A stretch of 64,000 nt of DNA from the human T2T-CHM13v2.0 reference genome, Homo sapiens. Below the pieces are notes generated by a model that was given only the letters and a program-made list of their open reading frames with translations, was not told where the DNA came from and searched no databases. Positions 57,337 to 64,000 of this stretch are shown in pieces (positions within the stretch are counted from its first letter, which is position 1; each line of letters begins with the position of its first letter). Location: assembly GCF_009914755.1 (NCBI RefSeq), contig NC_060929.1; one strand, 5' to 3'. The translations under genes were made by a program, and so were the position numbers.

Positions 57337-57650
57337 CCAAGCCACTTAGATGATTGTGACGATCCTTCAGGTTTCAGAAGCATCAGTCAATATTACACAG
57401 ATATTTAGTTCATATTTCACTAACACTCATCTCACAGAGCATATATTTTCCATGCAGGATAAAATAGTAAACAAACTTAGGACAAGTGATATATTTTATA
57501 TCCAGTAACAAGAAAAGGCTCCACTAATAAGGTAACATTTGAACAAGACCTGCAGAAACAGAGTAGTAAGTAATGGGATATCTAGGAGAAGGGTGTTCCA
57601 GAAAGAAGAATCAAGGAAGTCCCTGGAGCAAGAGCTTAACTGGGAATTTT

Positions 57651-57947
<297 letters not shown>

Positions 57948-60900
57948 CTTAACTGGAATATTTAAGAGACAGCAAGGAGACCAGTATGCCCGGGAAGCTG
58001 AGTGACAAGGAAAAGAGTAGAGAATCAGGTTAAAGAAGTAGTGGAGGGGCTGATCTTGAAAACCTAAGCTATTGAAAAGTCTTTAGTATTTATTCTGGAA
58101 GAAAAGAGAGGCCACTTGAAGATTCTGAGAAGGGCATGATCTCACTTATGTTTAAAAAATATATTCTGCCTGCTGTGTTGAGTGTAGACCATAGAAGAAG
58201 TGTGGCAGCAGGAAGATGAGTTGGATGATGAAAGCAGTAACGTGGGCAGGTTGAACTATGATGGTCATGATGAAAGGGACAAGAAAGAGATCAGTTATCT
58301 GTGTATTTTGACAATAGAGCCAACAGGATTTCCTGAAGGCTTAGAAGTGAGATTTTGAAAAAAAAACTGAGGAATAAAGGATAACTGCATGGTTTTTGAT
58401 TTTGTTCTTTTGTTTTGCTTACTTTGGGGCTTTTTATGTGTTTTTTTATTTTGTTTTGTCTTGTCTGAGCAACTGGAAGGAAAGAGTTTCCATTTATTAA
58501 AGTAAGAAAGACTCTTAGAAGAGTAATGTTGGAAAAGAAAGAGCAAAATTGGAGTTCACTTTAGTACCTACAATATTAAGTTTAATATGTCTACAGTATA
58601 TCAAAGTGGAATGACAAGCAGACATTTGAATATATGAGTCTGGAGATGAGGAAAGAGGTCAAGAGTAGGACAAATTTTGAAGTTGTTAATATTTGGAAGA
58701 TATTAAAGTAATGAGATCTGAAAGATTCACAGAGTAGGGCAGTCTGGATTAAAGAAAAGTCACGATGTAAAGATTTAGCCTTGAGGCAACACAAATAAGT
58801 TGGGGAGATAAGGAGAAACTAGCAAAGACTGAAAGAAAGAGCCCAGTGAGGTACAAAAAGAACCAAGAAAATTGGTATCCACAAAACTAAGTTGAAAATT
58901 AGGGCATGAACACTGGTGTCAAATGATCTGAAAGGTCAAAGGAAATAAGAACTGGGGACTGAACATTACATCAAATAAAAGGAAAATCATTCATGATCTT
59001 GACAAGCACAATTTTGACAGATTGAGGGGGAGGCCAAGAGTGAATGAGAGGAGTGATCTTGGGCACAGCTGATAGGGATAGGTATTTCTAGAAGTTTTGT
59101 CATAGAGTTCCTGAAGAATGTGATAGGAGTGAGAGGAGGAAATACAACAAAGAGATTTATTTAATGGGTAATTTTCCATCATGTGATTATACTGATCAAA
59201 AATTACAGTGGAAAAATTGATTTACAGGAGAGAGAAGAATGTCTAGATAATATCCTTGGAAAATCACAGGAAAATGGAAGCTAATGAACCAGAGGAAGTG
59301 TTGGCCTCAGGTAGGAAAACAGACAGTTTTTCCATAGTCAAAGAAGGGATGTCAGGATAAGTAGATAAAGATGCAAGTAGCTCATGTATGTAGTAGCAAC
59401 GAATGTACTAGACTCTACCGGACTTCAAAAATCCTAAAAATCTGCATTTTATTTAACAAGAAAGAAAAATATATCATGATTTTGTTTTTACACGAATAGC
59501 CTTTATTAGAGGATTTTAGTTGGATCCAAGTACTAAACATGGTTTCACAAAGGTATTCTGACTCAATTAGTTGGAAAGGAAAAGTACAAAAAAATTAATA
59601 TTCAGATATGTAATCAATCAAAACCATCTTGCATTCAAATGCCTCCTAATAATAAATGAGGGCCTGAAGTTTGAAAACTTTCTTCCACTTTAGTACATTA
59701 CTCTTACTATTTTTACTATTCACCATATGATTAATAATAGCATAACTCAATGATGTCTAATTTCCTTTTGACCATAGTTGGTCCAAGCTACAGGATGAGG
59801 CAATCAACTGTAGCCTGAAATAGTCAATGCTGACATATCTTTATCAACTTTCCCAAACAATTTGACTTAACAGTCCTCAAGTTATAATAAATTTGATATT
59901 GAAATATTTTCAAAGCCTGGAAAAACTGATAATGCTACTAAATGGTGCACATCGGGATGGCATCCAAAGGTGATTAACTGCTTACTCTCTCACTTCAGGC
60001 CAAAGTCCATGGAATGCTGAAGCATCAAGTTCTTAGATCAGGGTCAGACTTGATTAATGCCCAAAATAAATCAATAATATAGGAAAAGTTGAACAAGATT
60101 GGCGGTTAAGCCCTTGAGAACAACTGAGGTTTGCATTTCTCATTCTGATGAGCTAACAACAACAACAAAAAGAAATACTGAAACTAGACAAGCAGTTGTA
60201 AAATGTAAGTGTATTTTTCCATAGACTAGAAGTTTATATAGCATATTCTCATATGAGAATATATGCCATATTTTCAATATTCAATAGCACCCCTAAGTGA
60301 AAAAAAATCTTTGCCCTATTTAAGACGATCTGATATTTATATATATATAACTACTACTGTCTATATTTATGTATATGTATATGGATGTTTATATGAAAAC
60401 TTCTCACAATTGGCCACAAAATTATGGCTGAACCAAGACCTGCAATTACTTTATTTTTGTTAGTTGTCAGGAATCAGTTATTCTTCTGCTTCTGATATAT
60501 TATATTACTTCTATCTCTTTCCATCTTAGCAGACAGTGAGTCGCCCTAAAAGCAGAACAATTCTTTTTGGTAGTACAAAATTAAATTGTTTACTTGCAAA
60601 TATTGAAAGCTTTTAGAATTTGAACCTAGACTTTATCCATCATTTGGTAACCTATCCTTCAGTATGGCCAAATGAAAATATAAAATACTTTGCTCTGAAA
60701 GGGAGAAATGTCATTATGTAATAGGCAAGATTGTCATTTTTTGGGATATTACTTGCTGAGTCATTAATAAATAGATAAATCTGCATGAGGTGCATGTCCT
60801 TGGAAAATCAACACTGGTAATTTGAAAGAAATGCAAGCCCCTGACAATCAGAAGAGGTGGTGTTGTAAAGGACAAGTGGAGCCTTTCAAGTGTTCTAACC

Positions 60901-61576
60901 TGCATGAATCACTAATATTTCTTCAATTATTTAGGATACAATTTTTAGTTTTTACTGAAGGCATCATGAGAAGATTTCTCATAGCCATGTTTAGTGGTTA
61001 CAATACCACTTCTATTAACCTAAATGAGAATATCTCATTTTATGTATGTGCCCACAACCACATCTCAATGCTAAAGATCAAATGCAAAGTTCAATAGATT
61101 TTTTTTAACATTAACCAGTTTCTCTGTATTCATCTCCAGAGTTACTAAAAGCACTTTTACATTTTAAAATGCCTGTGTCATAAGGAACAGCAGCAGAAAC
61201 AACTAGAAATATAATTGGGCCCACTGTCATTAGCTGATTTATAATTCCACATGTAAAATATAATAATATACATGCATTAATGGTTTTAACCATAGTTTTC
61301 TACCTGTGGAACCAAATGTAGCTTTTCTCATTTTTTTCCTAACTAGAAATTTCAGGCTGAGTCGCAGCTAGAACTCAAAAAAAGGAGGGAAATTAGTCAG
61401 AAAGTCTTTGAAACAAGCTATTAAAAAGTACCTAATTTTCTTATCCATATTAATAGAAAACAATTCTCTCTATATAATGTCATCTAATACTATAAATGCA
61501 AAGTAATGTCATACGTAAAATAGACTTTCACTAACATTAGAAGCATTTCTTCGGGATTCAGTCCCCCCCAGCTCCT

Positions 61577-61861
61577 TGTTTTTGAGACAAGATCTCACTC
61601 TGTTGCTCAGGCTGGCGTGTAGTTCCATAACTATAGCTCACTAGAACCTCAAACTCCTGGATCCAGCAATCTTCCCACCTCAGCCTCCTGAGTAGCTGGG
61701 ACTACAGGCACATGCTACCACGTGCGGCTAATTGAAAAAAAATTAGAGATAGGGTCTTTCTGTGTTGCCCAGCCTAGTTTTGAACTACTGGCCTCAGGCA
61801 ATCTTCCTGCCTCAGACTCCCAAAGTGCTAGGATTACAGGTGTGAGCTACCACCCCTGGCC
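61577..61861 (-). mobile_element. AluJ
   Basis: atagctcact..cctcaaactcctgg; tgttgcccag..gaactactggcctcagg. Confidence 0.9.
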
Positions 61862-63164
61862 AGGATCCACTTCTTCACTCTTTGTGTCTTTTTTGTGGTT
61901 GGGAAGCGCATAAAATGTACAGAATCCTCACCCTTGATTATACGCAAGAACAAGCCCTGGTTATCTGAAATCTATCTTTTTCATCAGGAGGAATGCAATT
62001 CCACAACTCCCGAGGAACCCATGGCTTAGATTTCATTATTTATGATTTGTGTTCCGATTATGAGGCAACATTCAGAAAGCAAGATAAATGGAAACGTTTT
62101 TCAGTTTCCATTAGTGACAGCAGCTTGTCATGTTCCTGTAGCAAACCCCAGCAGTTGTTCACACATGGCATAAATGGTAGAAACTAGTTACCACTCCACA
62201 TCTACCAAAATGTGAACATTATTTCTTATCCTCTTGCTTTCTACCCTACCCTCCAGTAAGGTTATAGCGATTAAATATTCAGTAGATGACATATTCAACA
62301 ATTCTGTAGACCCAAATATACCCAAACAGTATTTTTCATTAAAAAGGAGGGTTTTTTCCCATTCATCAATAATGCATTAAAAATGTGTTTCTACACATTC
62401 TAATGGCAATATAGCTTAGTAGAGAAAAAGGAGGCATTAATGATTGAAGACCTACAGGCTACTCTAAGCCACTAAACATTTACTATTGCAATTCTGTCAT
62501 TTTTCAGCTTCCCTTGCTAGGATATGGGACTGGGACCTGATTACAAACAAGGGCTGTGAGATTTTGATTAAGAGAATGCTAGATACATGGTTACAATGGA
62601 CAGTCAAGGGCAGCGCGCACTTTCCAATTCTATCATCATGACACGCTTCCCCATCGGGGAATAGGCAATGACATAGTGAGAAAACAAGTTCAATGGAGAA
62701 TGTCTTTGTGATCGAGTCAGGTCTCAAGGCAGAATTTTAAAAAGTGTGTATCCCGGCAATCCCACGATTTTTTACAGTCTTTTCCTTTCACTTGTTTAAA
62801 CAGAAGCAAGGATCCATCTATTACCTTCCCAACCTGCCCATCGTGGCTACTTCAGAAACCAGAGTTCACGTCTAATTGGCTCATTCATTCTGAGAGCAGA
62901 GACACAGAAAGGGAATCTAATTTCACAGTACAGGTTGTGTTTTTATTAACTTGTGCATTGAAGAAAAGTCCAGCCATTTTTTAGAAAATCTATAAATAAG
63001 TACAAAGCACAAACCAGTTCCTTCCCTATGAACACTTTCCTCTGGAAAAATCTCTTAACTAACTTTCAGCTAAATTACTCACTAGATTAACAAACCCACT
63101 CTATTCCCTCTTATAAACTCAGGAAACTGTCTAATACCCATGTCATAATAAAATTATAGGAGTC

Positions 63165-64000
63165 TGTAAGAGATAAGAAAACCAAAGTGTTTTTCCTCCT
63201 CTCACACACTCAACACAGCACAGTTCACCTCTGGTCAACAAAGTGTTGTAGGGGACTTCTTCCCAAAACAATCAGTTCTCTAGCACATACCAACTGGTTG
63301 TCCTATAATTCACTTCAGTTCCAGTACTGCCTGTCTGGAGATAGTGTCAGGTCTCACATATTAAGAGCTCAGTCCCACAAGACTGCTTCCACTTCAGATG
63401 TCATTGTAAGCCACAGGTTGTGAGCTGTGCTTCTGACCAACTAGCTATAAATCAAGGCTCCCATGACCCCCTCCTTGAGTTTGATTATTTTTCTAGAACG
63501 GCTCACAGAACTCAGGGAACACTACTGTTGACTGGTTTATTTAGAGGATATAACAAATGATATAGATGAACAGCCAGATGGAAGAGGTGCAGAGGGCAAA
63601 GCATGTGGCAGGAGTAAGGAGCTTCCATGCTCTCTCTGGGCACCTCACACTCCAGGAACCTTCATGTGTTCAGCAATCTGGAAGCTCTTGAGCCCTTCAA
63701 AGCTAGTCCTTTTGGGTTTTTATAGAGGCTTCTTTATGTAGATAAGATTGATTAAATCATGTGCCATTGGTGATTGACTCAATCTTCAGCTCCTATCCAC
63801 TCCTAGAAGATTGGGGTGTTGGGCTGAAATTTCCAACCCTCTAATCCTGCCTCTCTTTCTGGTGAGCAGCCCCCATTATGAAGCTATATAGGGGCCCCCA
63901 GGCACCAATCGTCTCATTAGTGTTCAAAAAGATATCACTTTGGAGATTTCAAGGTTTTAGGCACTATGTGCTAGGAACAAGAAGCAGAAACCAAATACAT
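63165..64000 (-). mobile_element. MER21-like LTR (runs off the window end)
   Basis: gctcagtcccacaagactgc..cttcagatg; ctagaacggctcacagaactcaggga; ggagcttccatgc. Confidence 0.85.

Overview
Primate (almost certainly human or ape) non-coding genomic DNA: AT-rich, CpG-poor and dominated by interspersed repeats. No host protein-coding exon, RNA gene, CpG island or CRISPR array can be supported. Every long ORF in the track derives from LINE-1, and the rest are Alu-derived or chance ORFs. The window holds two full-length but dead + strand L1s (about L1PA7 at 1361-8107, about L1PA6 at 19971-26128), three 5'-inverted (twin-primed) L1 fragments, other old L1 pieces, 13 Alu copies or fragments, L2/MIR relics, MaLR and ERV1 solo LTRs, and hAT MITEs, often nested with readable target-site duplications (TSDs). 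L1s are strongly biased to the + strand, which suggests an intron of a long minus-strand transcript. The best leads are a minus-strand recursive-splice-like site (polypyrimidine tract + TAG|GTAAGT at about 31990), an L1 endonuclease-only ORF that keeps its catalytic residues (3797-4660), an L1/Alu chimera, an unexplained dispersed repeat and a few enhancer-like motif clusters. I did not find a convincing novel biological system. Subfamily names are from recalled consensus sequences, and boundaries of old repeats are approximate.
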